This document shows, one piece after another, positions 1-10,541 of a stretch of 64,000 nt of DNA. This DNA is from Spirochaetota bacterium. Lineage in GTDB: Bacteria; Spirochaetota; UBA6919; CBDBPB01. Made by a program: the position numbers and the translations under genes. The DNA lies in NCBI GenBank assembly GCA_965208615.1, contig CBDBPB010000004.1, positions 192,001-256,000 on the forward strand, read 5' to 3'. Below the pieces are notes generated by a model. It saw only the letters and a program-made list of their open reading frames with translations, had not been told where the DNA came from and ran no database searches. The number at the start of each line of letters is the position of its first letter. Position 1 is the stretch's first letter.

Positions 1-38
1 TTATAAGCTCATAAGGAAGAATTCGAATACTAGGAAAG

Positions 39-67
39 TTGACTTTTATAAAAAAAATTTATAACTT
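39..67 (+). promoter_or_regulatory. putative sigma70 promoter TTGACT-N17-TAACTT
   Basis: -35/-10-like hexamers with a 17-bp spacer, about 35 bp upstream of the ATG at 104; the same TTGAC-N17-TAnnnT pattern recurs upstream of several genes in the window. Confidence 0.45.
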
Positions 68-103
68 TATTTATAAATAAAATACCTCTATAGGGTAACT
101 ATA

Positions 104-877
104 ATGGCACATACTGATATACTATATGAAATTACTAGTATGACAGAAAAACAAGAACTACTCCTAAAAAATAAACAAGTATTTAGCGAAATAATCCAAG
201 AACTCTCTAAGCTTATTGACTACGATAAAAATAATAAAGACCTAAAAGCCCTTTTAACACATACAAAAACATGGAACAACATCCTCAATTTGTGGACAGA
301 ACTAAAATACAAAACAAATCAAAGAATTACTAAAATACAAAAACTCATAAATAAAGCCGAAGATAACGAATTCCTCGAAATTAAACCCTTTGTCAATGAA
401 CTAAATTCTATTATTAATAACATTGGCTATCGCTCTCTTAATGCTTTTAACGTTGATAGATTTGAAGAGTTAGTAAATAAACTGTCTTATAAGGGAAAAA
501 TCTCAGACGACTATATCAAAAAAATAAAAAATACTATTTCATCCTACGATAGAATACTTAACTTCTTTGAAGAAACTCAAAAAAGCATTCCTAAATATAA
601 ATACTACCACGTAAAATATGAACTACAACTCTCCACTGAAGAACAGTTAAAAGAAATATACTCCATAGAAGAAGAACTTAATAACATTAAAAATGGTGAA
701 TATAAACTCCCAGAAGATAGAGTTATTCAAGTTGTACAAAGACTTTTAAATGACTTCCCCGGCAATAAAGAAGCTCAGAAAAAAATTATTGACAAAGTTA
801 AATTATATAACCCGCTGACTAATTATCCCATTTCAGATAAGCCAGAAAAAGATACACCAAAAATAATAGACTTTTAA
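104..877 (+). CDS. hypothetical protein (helical, Lys/Glu-rich, possible coiled coil)
   Basis: 257-aa ORF with upstream promoter and downstream hairpin; no family recognised. Confidence 0.75.
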   Translation: MAHTDILYEITSMTEKQELLLKNKQVFSEIIQELSKLIDYDKNNKDLKALLTHTKTWNNILNLWTELKYKTNQRITKIQKLINKAEDNEFLEIKPFVNELNSIINNIGYRSLNAFNVDRFEELVNKLSYKGKISDDYIKKIKNTISSYDRILNFFEETQKSIPKYKYYHVKYELQLSTEEQLKEIYSIEEELNNIKNGEYKLPEDRVIQVVQRLLNDFPGNKEAQKKIIDKVKLYNPLTNYPISDKPEKDTPKIIDF

Positions 878-887
878 TCATATAAAG

Positions 888-918
888 ATAAGCCTCCCCT
901 TAACAAAGGAAGGCTTAT
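888..918. terminator. intrinsic terminator-like hairpin
   Basis: ATAAGCCTCCCCT-taacaa-AGGAAGGCTTAT inverted repeat 10 nt after the stop of 104..877. Confidence 0.6.
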
Positions 919-1243
919 AAACAGGGTAGTAAAATAGTTTTTGATGGAGAAGTAAATTAACTCTAACTTTTTTATTTTTAAACGCATTATAACAACCCAA
1001 ATAGTTTAATTTTATTCCAAAAGTATTATTTTTTTTTTAAATTATCAAAAATATATTACTGTATAGTTAGTTTTTTATAAAATGTTGGTTTTTCGTGGAA
1101 CCTAAAATTATATTCTAAGTGTTATAAAATTGAGTTTCTAATATTTAGAAAAAAATAGTTAATTTTAAAATATTAGAAGCTGTACAATAACCTATACGCC
1201 AAACTTAAAAAAAATTAATAAACTTAAAACAAGGAGTGTATTT

Positions 1244-1489
1244 ATGGAAATTAAAGCAGATGATTTATTAGATGCCAGAGGACTAACTTGTCCTATGCCA
1301 ATTATTAAGGCTAAAAAAGCCATTGAAAAATTAAAAGAAGGTAATATCCTTGAAGTTTTGGGAACTGATCCAGGATCAGCGGCTGACTTTAATGGATGGT
1401 GTAAACAAACCGGCCATATCCTTGAAGAGGCTAACGAAATAGAAAAAGACGGACAAAAAGTTTTTCAGTTCTTTATACGACGTAAATAA
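1244..1489 (+). CDS. tusA: sulfurtransferase TusA/SirA family protein
   Basis: LDARGLTCPMPI (CPxP) motif, DPGSAADF, 81 aa, AGGAG RBS. Confidence 0.92.
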   Translation: MEIKADDLLDARGLTCPMPIIKAKKAIEKLKEGNILEVLGTDPGSAADFNGWCKQTGHILEEANEIEKDGQKVFQFFIRRK

Positions 1490-1712
1490 TCCCTTTTAAA
1501 ATGGGTGTATACAACTTAAACCTTTATAATTATTAAAAAGCTAGTACAGCCTTTTTTGGGTATGCAATATAGTAGGATTTAGATTATCCTTCCATAATAA
1601 ATTATTTTTCCTCGTAAATATTATTTAATTTATTATATATATATAATCGTATTTAACTGAAAATAACTATCCCTAGTCATTGTATACCTTAACACATATT
1701 AGGAAGACTTTT

Positions 1713-3159
1713 ATGAGGTTTTATATAATAGTTTTTCTTTGTATAATATTAAGTCAGTTGGCCTGGACAAATAATAAAATAAAACCTTATACCATTACCC
1801 CTTTAGAAGGAGTACGGAAAATAAGAAAGGCTAACCCTAATATATTTAAATATATATCATATAAAGCTTTAATGGTATTAAGCAGGTATATTAGGAATAA
1901 ATCCAGCTTAAAGGGTATATCTCCAATTAAATATTTGTTGGGGGAAAATGATAAATGGCATAAAGGTATTATTAAAGCTTCTGTAAAAGGTCTTATAAAC
2001 AAAGATCCGAGGGTTAGACTGTTTTGTATGCACCTTTTATTTAAAATGTCCATAAAAAGAGAGTGGATAGAAAAAGATATACTAAAAACTATAGAAAATG
2101 AAACCGTAGATCACTATTACTACTTTAAAAATATATACGGCAATACCCAATACCAAAACATAAAAGATTGGCTATTCTTATTTCTAAATATAGATAACCA
2201 ACTTATACTCCTTAGCCCTAAACCTAATTCTTCTACTTATAAAAACTCTATTGGCTTCGACTGGATAAACATTTATGACGCATATAAATACGAACTATAT
2301 ATTAATGATATACTATATTACAGCGGAAAGGATTCTTTTGTAAAAAAGGTTAACCTGCATAATAATAAATCATCATACTCCCCGTATAGGTGGACTGTAA
2401 TTGCTAAAGATGTAAACGGTAAAATTATTAAATCAAGCTATTCTCTTTTTGACATAAAAAAACTTAATAAACCCAACTTAATTATTAATCAAAAAAACCC
2501 TCCAAGCTTTAAATGGGAAAAAATAAAAAGTATTACTTACTACAAACTATACATATATAAAAAAGGTGACAAAAAACATAAACTTTTGTATAACGGTAAT
2601 AAAGTGTATTATAACCATAAACAACCACTAGCAAAAGGAAAGTATTTATGTTATAATAGTTGCCGGTAACGAGGATCAGACTATAAAAAGTGCGGAAGTA
2701 TTATTAAATATAGATAAATCAAAAGTAATGGATAAACCACTAAAACCAGATAAGCCTAAGGAAACTGATGAGCTATACTTCGATATTGACGAATTTAAAA
2801 AACTAGAAGATGATCCCCTTAGTGAATCAAGGTTAAAAGAGCCTAAACCTGATAAAGCTAAGCCTGATAAAGCTAAGCCTGATAAAGCTAAACCTGATAA
2901 AGCTAAACCTGATAAAGCTAAACCTGATAAAACTAAGCCTGATAAAACTAAGCCTGATAAAGCTAAACCTGATAAAGCTAAGCCTGATAAAGCTAAACCT
3001 GATAAAACTAAGCCTGATAAAGCTAAACCTGATAAAGCTAAACCTGATAAAGCTAAACCTGATAAAACTAAGCCTGATAAAGCTAAACCTGATAAAGCTA
3101 AACCTGATAAAACTAAGCCTGATAAAGCTAAACCTGATAAAGTCGATTCTATTCAGTAG
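1713..3159 (+). pseudogene. exported protein with HEAT-like and fibronectin-III-like segments and a C-terminal KPDK(A/T) repeat, interrupted by a +1 frameshift near 2645
   Basis: Signal-peptide-like start MRFYIIVFLCIILSQLAW at ATG 1713. ORFs 1680..2669 and 2728..3159 join if one T is removed from AAG-TAT-T-TAT-GTT, giving GKY-YVIIVAGNEDQTIKS, a typical Fn3 C-terminal strand. May be an assembly indel rather than a true pseudogene. Confidence 0.6.
2845..3144 (+). repeat. 15-bp tandem repeat x20 encoding KPDK(A/T/V)
   Basis: AA(A/G)CCTGATAAA(G/A)CT units read directly; 300 bp = 20 units. Confidence 0.97.
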
Positions 3160-4396
3160 GTGACTTTGGGATAAAATTAAAAATCAGTCCTATTATCCAC
3201 AAAACTCCGAAAACAATAATAGTAAAGGCGCATAATAAAGCAACATAACGAGGATCAAAATAATTAATAGCTAATCCGGCTAATAATGAAGATAACATTA
3301 AAAATAAAGTAGATATACCTTCATCATGAGCAAAAACTCTTCCCCTTAAATTTGGTGGTATGGTCTTCTGTAGTGTTACTCTGGTGAATAGCCACAAATT
3401 AGAACTGGATATAGTAGCAAAAACTAATACAATAGCTCCTAAAGATATTATAGGCATTATACTAAAAATACCATAAAAAATGCCATACAAACAAAAGGCA
3501 AATCCAATATACCAAACTACACTAACTTTACTCTGTCCAACTATAGCCTTCCCAACAAAGCTCCCTAACACTACTCCCAATCCTCTACACATATACAAAA
3601 TACCAATTCCAAAACTACCAGCATCAAACACATCCCTCGCAAATACCGTATGTAATGTAAGTATAGCTCCGCCTCCAATAGCCCATCCTGGTTTAACAAG
3701 CAAAATAGCAATAATAAACCTATCCCTAATTATATAAGAAATACCGAGTTTAAAGTCAGTCCAAAACTTCTTAAGAAAAGAGATAGACTGGCTATAATCA
3801 CTTTTATTATATTGAGGCTCATCCACGGCTATAAAGCTAATCAATATAGCTGACATAAAAAAGGTAGCAGAATTAACAACTATAGCTATATGAAAACCAA
3901 ATACCGTAATAGCAATACCACCAAGTAATGCTCCTAATGAAAGCATTATACCCCAAGTCATTTGTCCTAAGGCATTAGCAGTACCAAGCTCATCAGAAGT
4001 CAAAATAACCGGCAATATGGATAGTTTTGCAGGTAAAAAAAAAGAAGAGGCCGAAAATACTAAAAACTCAACTATAAACAATAACCACAATATATCAGGA
4101 CTAATAAATAAAAAAACTAATACTAAGTATCCTCTTACTAAATCGCTAATTATAAGAATGCTTTTCTTGCTAAACCTGTCAATTATAACACCAGCAAATG
4201 GACCAAGAATAAACTGGGGAAGTAAAGAACAAACTAAAACTACACCAAGATAAACTCTATTATCCTCGTGGATAGCAATATAGTCAAGTAAGGCGATTCT
4301 GTTAAACCAATCCCCCACCAGACTAATAGATTGAGCTATCCACAATAACCTAAATAAAACATTACCTTTAAGCACCTGTCTATAAGATAATAGCAT
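3149..4396 (-). CDS. MFS transporter (DHA3/H+ antiporter-like)
   Basis: About 12 hydrophobic segments; GVIIDRFSKK MFS motif A; LQKTIPPNLRGRV. Confidence 0.9.
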   Translation of the reverse strand: MLLSYRQVLKGNVLFRLLWIAQSISLVGDWFNRIALLDYIAIHEDNRVYLGVVLVCSLLPQFILGPFAGVIIDRFSKKSILIISDLVRGYLVLVFLFISPDILWLLFIVEFLVFSASSFFLPAKLSILPVILTSDELGTANALGQMTWGIMLSLGALLGGIAITVFGFHIAIVVNSATFFMSAILISFIAVDEPQYNKSDYSQSISFLKKFWTDFKLGISYIIRDRFIIAILLVKPGWAIGGGAILTLHTVFARDVFDAGSFGIGILYMCRGLGVVLGSFVGKAIVGQSKVSVVWYIGFAFCLYGIFYGIFSIMPIISLGAIVLVFATISSSNLWLFTRVTLQKTIPPNLRGRVFAHDEGISTLFLMLSSLLAGLAINYFDPRYVALLCAFTIIVFGVLWIIGLIFNFIPKSPTE

Positions 4397-4402
4397 AAAA
4401 TG

Positions 4403-5890
4403 TTAAACTAAACCCTCTATAAACCTAACTAAACTACTAACCATTATCCCAGTTCCACCCTTAGAATAATATTCATCCCTATTAGACCATGCAGTCCCTG
4501 CAATATCAAGATGTATCCACGGTTTATTATCCACAAACTTCTCCAAGAATGCGGCCGCAGTAATAGCACCTGCTGATCTATCCCCCACGTTTGCGACATC
4601 AGCAATATCGCTCTTAATCTGATCATGATACTTTTTAAATAGAGGTAACTGCCATACTCTTTCTCCAACATCATCACAAGCCTTTTTAAACTTATCCATT
4701 AACTCTTGATTATTCCCCATCATCCCAGTGGTAATCTCACCCAAGGCAACCACACATGCACCAGTTAATGTAGCCAAGTCTATTATTTTAGTTGCACCAT
4801 GCTCAACAGCATAACAAAGAGCATCAGCTAAAATTAATCTACCTTCTGCATCAGTGTTCAGTATTTCAATTGACTTACCATTCATAGCAGTAACAACATC
4901 CCCAGGCTTATTGGCACTACCAGACGGCATATTCTCAGCAACAGGAATAACAACAATAACCTCAACATTAAGCTTAAGCCTGGATATAGCTACCATAGCA
5001 CCTATAACAGTTGCAGCACCAGCCATATCACCTTTCATTTCATGCATATTTTTAGGAGGCTTAATAGATATCCCACCAGAATCAAATGTAATACCCTTAC
5101 CAACCAAAGCTATAACATCATCAGACTTTTTATTTTCAGGCTCATAGTACATTGTTATTAGCTTCTCAGGCTCAACTGATCCCTTTGAAACAGATAGAAA
5201 TGACCCCATACCCATCTTTTCAAGCTCATAGTGATCAAAAATATTAACCCTAATATCATTACCTCTGGCAAACCTAAGAGCCTCATTAGCCAAAATAGCT
5301 GGTGTACACTTATTCCCGGGTTGATTAACCATATTCCTTGCAAAACCCATTGACTCACCTATTATCCTACCTCTATCTAACATATCACTGCTTATAGGCT
5401 TATTAGAACAAGAAATGATTTTAATTGTATCAACATTAACTTTGAACTCTTCATTATCATCCCTATTTTTATATAAATCAAAGGAATAATCCCCAACCAT
5501 AATACCCTCTATCAAACAAGGTATCCTAAGAATATGCTCGTCTATACCCCTTATAAAGAAAGACATATTAATAAATCCACGCTTTTTAGCCTCACGAATG
5601 CCTTTAGCACCAAAAGACTTATGCTCCTCTATAGTGTATTCAGCTTCTTTGCCGCATCCAATTAATAATAGGGACATTTTAGAGTTAGGCATAAATATTG
5701 TATTACCTATATTCCCTTTCATTTCTTTTCTGTCAACACTGGATTGTAATAAACCTGCTGTTAGTGAGTCAAGCTCAATAAGGGTTTTATTAGTTAATTT
5801 ATTATCCCTTATATCCTCTTTGAAAAAGTTAATGATTATAAGGTCAGTCTTAACCGACTCAAAGGATTCATTAGAAGCCTCAAATTTCAT
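4403..5890 (-). CDS. pepA: leucyl aminopeptidase (M17)
   Basis: VGKGITFDSGG, MKGDMAGAA and NTDAEGRLILAD motifs; start moved to ATG 5890, downstream of AGGAGG. Confidence 0.95.
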   Translation of the reverse strand: MKFEASNESFESVKTDLIIINFFKEDIRDNKLTNKTLIELDSLTAGLLQSSVDRKEMKGNIGNTIFMPNSKMSLLLIGCGKEAEYTIEEHKSFGAKGIREAKKRGFINMSFFIRGIDEHILRIPCLIEGIMVGDYSFDLYKNRDDNEEFKVNVDTIKIISCSNKPISSDMLDRGRIIGESMGFARNMVNQPGNKCTPAILANEALRFARGNDIRVNIFDHYELEKMGMGSFLSVSKGSVEPEKLITMYYEPENKKSDDVIALVGKGITFDSGGISIKPPKNMHEMKGDMAGAATVIGAMVAISRLKLNVEVIVVIPVAENMPSGSANKPGDVVTAMNGKSIEILNTDAEGRLILADALCYAVEHGATKIIDLATLTGACVVALGEITTGMMGNNQELMDKFKKACDDVGERVWQLPLFKKYHDQIKSDIADVANVGDRSAGAITAAAFLEKFVDNKPWIHLDIAGTAWSNRDEYYSKGGTGIMVSSLVRFIEGLV

Positions 5891-5990
5891 ACTACTCCTC
5901 CTTAACAAAAAATACTATCTTTAATAATAAGTAGAACATAATTAAAAGTCTTTTACTTGCTAATATTTTTTAAATAAAAACAAAAATATT

Positions 5991-6019
5991 TTGACCATTA
6001 CAACTTATAAAGCTAACTT
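5991..6019 (+). promoter_or_regulatory. putative sigma70 promoter TTGACC-N17-TAACTT
   Basis: Upstream of the antiporter gene, which has a GGAG RBS and TTG start. Confidence 0.4.
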
Positions 6020-6047
6020 ATAGACCTACTAACAACGGAGACCAAAA

Positions 6048-7808
6048 TTGAGCTATGACTTTATTCAGCTTATAATTTTAAATACTGGTATTCTTCTTAT
6101 ACTGGCTCTTACTGCTGGTAAGTTTGTCTCACTAATGAATATACCAAAAGTTACCGGATATTTACTTGTTGGAATATTATTAGGTCCTTCTGTATTAGGA
6201 TATTTTTATCCGGCTTATGGTAATTTCATACTTAACAAAAAGATACTTGAGACATATAACATTATTACTCAAGTTGGACTCGGATTAATTGTATTCAACA
6301 TTGGTGGAGAGTTTAAGCTGGAAAACGTTAAAAAGCTTGGTAAAAATGTATTTTGGATATCTATATTCGAAATTATCTTTACCACACTAAGTGTTTTAGC
6401 CCTTAGTTTTATAGCCTTAAAGCTATTCTATCCTAATTTTGGCGACTCAACTTTTATATACGCTATTTTATTTGGCGTTATTAGTATTGCCACTGCACCT
6501 GCTGCCACTCTTTTAGTTTTACGGGAATATGAATCTCAAGGACCTTTAACAAATCATATTTTGGTATTAGTGGGTCTAAACAATATTATATGTATTGTTG
6601 TTTTCAAGATTATGTTTTCTGGCTTTATTAGTGAGGGACATAGTTTTATTATGCCTATTTTAGAGGTGTTAGCCTCTATGTTAATGGGAGTTATTATCGG
6701 GTTAATAATTAGTTTTATTGAGAAGTCCGTAGAAAAGCCTGTCGAACTCATTATGCTCGCAACAGGCGGGATTGCTTTTAATATTGGAATAGCTTTTATT
6801 ATTGAAGATATAATTCACATATCCAATATTCTATCCATTTTGTTTATGGGTATTACTATGGTTAACTCATCCACAAAAGGAGATTCTACATTTAAGGCTC
6901 TAAAAGAGGTAGACTTACCCATATACGCCATATTCTTTGTATTAGCCGGTGCAAACCTACATATTGACGAGTTTTTAAATGGAGGTATACTATTTATTGT
7001 TTACGTTATAGGAAGAGCATTTGGTAAAATATACGGTTCTTTTTTTGGTGTTAAGCTTTCTAACATGTTCAAAAAGCTTGGAAACAATATAGGATATGGA
7101 TTACTACCCCAAGCTGGAGTAGCTATTGGTCTTGCGTTAATAATGAAAAGGGACGATCCATATATGGGTGGGATTATGTCTTCGGTTATATTATCTGCTG
7201 TTATGGTATTTGAGTTAATTGGACCTTTATTTACTCGATTAGCAGTAATACGCTCGGGCGAGGTAAAAGAAATATCTTTATCAAAAAGGTTATCCCATAA
7301 GGCTAAATATAGGTATTTACGAGTATTGGCAAGATTAAGGCATTCCCTTGGTATTCAAAAGTGGAAGAAAAAACGAGATAAGACTATATTATGCAAAGAG
7401 CTAATGAGAAGTTCTGTTGAGGCCATACACTCAGACCTAGCATTTGATGAGGTATTAAAGTTTGCATCGGAATATAAATATGATCAGTTCCCCGTTATTG
7501 ATGAGGATAATCATTTTATTGGAACTATATCCTATCAGGAGATTAGAGATATTCTATTAGATATAGAGTTTGCTAATCTTATTATAGCACAGGATATGGT
7601 TGATGAGAATCCACTTGTTGCCTATCCAAGTGATAGTTTGAAAAAGCTTTTAATGTTATTCCACGACTCAAAAGAAGAATTAGACTATCTCCCGGTAATT
7701 GACGAACATAAACCACCTCATCTAATCGGCATGGTAACACAAAAAGACGTAATTGAGGTATATAGGAGCCTTAAAGACAGTAACAGCCTAAAAGAGTTTG
7801 ACTTATGA
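6048..7808 (+). CDS. cation:proton antiporter (CPA2/Kef-type) with C-terminal CBS pair
   Basis: IPKVTGYLLVGILLGPS, ATAPAAT and LLPQAGVAIGLA motifs; C-terminal FPVIDE...GTIS and LPVIDE...IGMVT CBS repeats. Confidence 0.9.
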   Translation: MSYDFIQLIILNTGILLILALTAGKFVSLMNIPKVTGYLLVGILLGPSVLGYFYPAYGNFILNKKILETYNIITQVGLGLIVFNIGGEFKLENVKKLGKNVFWISIFEIIFTTLSVLALSFIALKLFYPNFGDSTFIYAILFGVISIATAPAATLLVLREYESQGPLTNHILVLVGLNNIICIVVFKIMFSGFISEGHSFIMPILEVLASMLMGVIIGLIISFIEKSVEKPVELIMLATGGIAFNIGIAFIIEDIIHISNILSILFMGITMVNSSTKGDSTFKALKEVDLPIYAIFFVLAGANLHIDEFLNGGILFIVYVIGRAFGKIYGSFFGVKLSNMFKKLGNNIGYGLLPQAGVAIGLALIMKRDDPYMGGIMSSVILSAVMVFELIGPLFTRLAVIRSGEVKEISLSKRLSHKAKYRYLRVLARLRHSLGIQKWKKKRDKTILCKELMRSSVEAIHSDLAFDEVLKFASEYKYDQFPVIDEDNHFIGTISYQEIRDILLDIEFANLIIAQDMVDENPLVAYPSDSLKKLLMLFHDSKEELDYLPVIDEHKPPHLIGMVTQKDVIEVYRSLKDSNSLKEFDL

Positions 7809-7814
7809 TAAAAC

Positions 7815-8315
7815 CTAGAATATATGAGATAAATATCTCCCAGGCATCCTAAAACGCATAACCGATAATGGCTTTAGAAACTTATCGTAGTTTATTAGGT
7901 CATAGGCTATAAGACTACGTTTATCGTCGTAATAGCTTATTTTATGCAGTATATCTGACATAATACTATCCACATTACCATAAGAATAAATTGCATAAGC
8001 TTTTAGACTATTCTGTTGATAAAACTCATACCTATCTATCATCTGGGACAGGTTAGAGTAATACACTTTATAGTAGCTATCTTTTTCTTTATTCAAGGTT
8101 TTTAGCTTTTGATCTATCTCATAAGGGGAACCATGTATCTCTTTATCAAATCTGATATTAACATATTTGTAGTTATTCTTCGATGTAATATTTTTTTCTT
8201 TAAAATACTTAATATAATAAGTCGGCTTAAATACTTTAATCTTAGGTTTCTTATCAGAACAGCTAAACAGGCTTATTATAACTAATATAAGAATTAGAGC
8301 TTTAATCTTTGTCAT
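7815..8315 (-). CDS. putative lipoprotein
   Basis: Starting at ATG 8315 gives MTKIKALILILVIISLFSC: basic N-region, hydrophobic core and lipobox-like LFSC. Confidence 0.7.
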   Translation of the reverse strand: MTKIKALILILVIISLFSCSDKKPKIKVFKPTYYIKYFKEKNITSKNNYKYVNIRFDKEIHGSPYEIDQKLKTLNKEKDSYYKVYYSNLSQMIDRYEFYQQNSLKAYAIYSYGNVDSIMSDILHKISYYDDKRSLIAYDLINYDKFLKPLSVMRFRMPGRYLSHIF

Positions 8316-8459
8316 ATTAATACCAATATATTTAAAAGTTAGTATCCATTTTCGGATCAATACCCCAAAGCACATTAATCAAAATTAACATTTTTATTAT
8401 ATTTGTTAACCTTATAATTGCTAAGTTATTGTTAGTAACTGTTCTATTGGTGTAGATCA

Positions 8460-8865
8460 AAAGTATTATAAGGTAATTCATCTATCTAAAGCTTAAAAAA
8501 TAGAGATTATCAAGTTATAGAAAGTGTTTTGATGAAAGTAAAAAGGTTATAAAATAGGTTGTTGACAATGGGAATACATATAAACATGTAGGTTTAGACT
8601 TTGAGTTAGGGGTTTATAAGCATATTTATTTTTTTAATGTTAAGGGGATATTATTTAATAATAAAGTATTATAAGGTAATTCATCTATCTAAAGCTTAAA
8701 AAATAGAGATTATCAAGTTATAGAAAGTGTTTTGATGAAAGTAAAAAGGTTATAAAATAGGTTGTTGACAATGGGAATACATATAAACATGTAGGTTTAG
8801 ACTTTGAGTTAGGGGTTTATAAGCATATTTATTTTTTTAATGTTAAGGGGATATTATTTAATAAT
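8460..8865. repeat. exact 203-bp tandem duplication in an intergenic region
   Basis: 8460..8662 is identical to 8663..8865; the 203-bp period was checked at several landmarks. Confidence 0.95.
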
Positions 8866-9024
8866 TCAGTTATCATTTTATGATAGAGTTATGACGAGTC
8901 ATACAAGGTAAAAAGCAATACATATAACGTAAAGGGAAGTGAATTCCAGATTTCTTTATGGAACAGGAAAGTTAAGATATTCATGAAAAAGTTATTTTCT
9001 TGTGTCAAGCAGGTTATCCCTTTA

Positions 9025-9189
9025 TGCTCTTTAAGTGCTGTTTAAATGCCTTAGCAATGAACACAAAATATCACTTTTTATGCAAGTAGTCATCACTACG
9101 AGAGCTATTAAGAATCCCTTACTGAGACTAAGAATTATAGACCTTTATTAAGTGATAACGAATTCGCCGTCCCATAAAGGCTTAGAGCA
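9025..9189 (-). ncRNA. candidate structured ncRNA (long nested hairpin, 6S-like size)
   Basis: Nested complementary segments TGCTCT/AGAGCA, CCTT/AAGG and TATCACTT/AAGTGATA plus inner hairpins; extra G-U pairs favour the minus strand; lies in a 1.1-kb stretch with no credible gene. Confidence 0.3.
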
Positions 9190-9527
9190 GATTATTGGAA
9201 TATTCTATATTGACTTTATATGTAAAACTTCAAAAAGTATAGCTAATCCTCTATGAGTAAATAACAAATAAAAAATAACTTCCTAAAACCTTCACTAACA
9301 AAATTGCCCGATAGAATGTTTTCTTTGTTATATTTGCTAAAACGTTTGTTAACATAGCCCAAGGGGTACATGCTCTGGAACTATAAAAGAAAACGGGATA
9401 GATACTAATGATATATGCTTTAATACTTCTGAATTAGAGTGTGATGATCTTAATAACAACCATAGGCATCAAATAGCGTTAACTAATAATAATAAATTTA
9501 CGTATAAGCTTAAAACAACTTTTCAAA

Positions 9528-10541
9528 TTAGAGTCTTTTATCTTTAGCAGTCCACCTAACAACAGCAACTCCCCATGTAAGACCTGCTCCAAAACCAACC
9601 ATTGTAATATTAGACGGCACTTTAACCGTTTTACGCTTAAAAGCTCTGGTAAGAGCAATGGGAATAGATGCCGAAGATGTATTACCAAAGTTCTCTAGCT
9701 TTGCAATAACCTGTTCTTCTTTTAGCTTAAGCTTATTCCTAATTGCATTTATAATCCTAATGTTAGCCTGATGAGGGATAAGATAGTCCAACTCAGATAA
9801 TGGAAGATTCGCATTTTTTAATGTATCCAATATTGCATTTGGCACAACCTTTACAGAAAACTTATATATTTCTTTCCCGTTCATAGATACAAATTGCTTC
9901 TTAGACTCATTAGCCCCAACAAAAGGAGAATTATTACCATGAAGAGGTATATAAAGCTCTTTAGCCTTAGAGCCGTCAGAATGTATATCTATTGCCAATA
10001 TCTCATCCTCACCCTCATGCCTTTCGACTATCATAGCACCAGCACCATCTCCAAAAAGAATACAGGTATTACGATCAGTCCAGTCCAAAAACCTTGAGTG
10101 TATATCCACACCAATAACCAAGGCTTTTTTATATACCCCGCTCTTAATAAAAGAATTGGCAATGCTTAAACCATAAACAAATCCACTACAAGCGGCTACA
10201 ACGTCAAAACCAACTGCATTATCTGCCCCTATTTTACCCTGAACCTCACAAGACGTTGATGGATAAAGATGATCAGGTAGTGAAGTGGCTGTAATTATTA
10301 AATCTATATCCTTTGGTAATAAGCCTGCATATCCCAAAGCATCCCTACTAGCCTTTACAGATAAAGAAACAGTTCCCTCATTAGCACTAACAACCCGTCT
10401 TTGTTTAATCCCTGTTCTGCTGGAAATCCATTCATCGTTTGTATCCACAATTTTGCTAATATCATCGTTTGTAACAACCCGATCAGGGAATGCCGCACCT
10501 ACTCCAGTAATTTTAACAGGATAACCTTTAATCTTATCCAC
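9528..10541 (-). CDS. fabH: 3-oxoacyl-ACP synthase III
   Basis: DEWISSRTGI, AACSGF (catalytic Cys), PHQAN, GNTSSASIP, GFGAGLTWG; GTG start with GAGG RBS. Confidence 0.96.
   Translation of the reverse strand: MDKIKGYPVKITGVGAAFPDRVVTNDDISKIVDTNDEWISSRTGIKQRRVVSANEGTVSLSVKASRDALGYAGLLPKDIDLIITATSLPDHLYPSTSCEVQGKIGADNAVGFDVVAACSGFVYGLSIANSFIKSGVYKKALVIGVDIHSRFLDWTDRNTCILFGDGAGAMIVERHEGEDEILAIDIHSDGSKAKELYIPLHGNNSPFVGANESKKQFVSMNGKEIYKFSVKVVPNAILDTLKNANLPLSELDYLIPHQANIRIINAIRNKLKLKEEQVIAKLENFGNTSSASIPIALTRAFKRKTVKVPSNITMVGFGAGLTWGVAVVRWTAKDKRL

Noticed and set aside
2845-3144. Possible CRISPR array
   Set aside because: Contiguous in-frame 15-bp units with no unique spacers and no cas genes; this is a coding tandem repeat.
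9355-9548. Open plus-strand stretch (PRGTCSGTIKENGIDTNDICFNT...)
   Set aside because: No start codon or RBS and no recognisable family; at most a gene relic.
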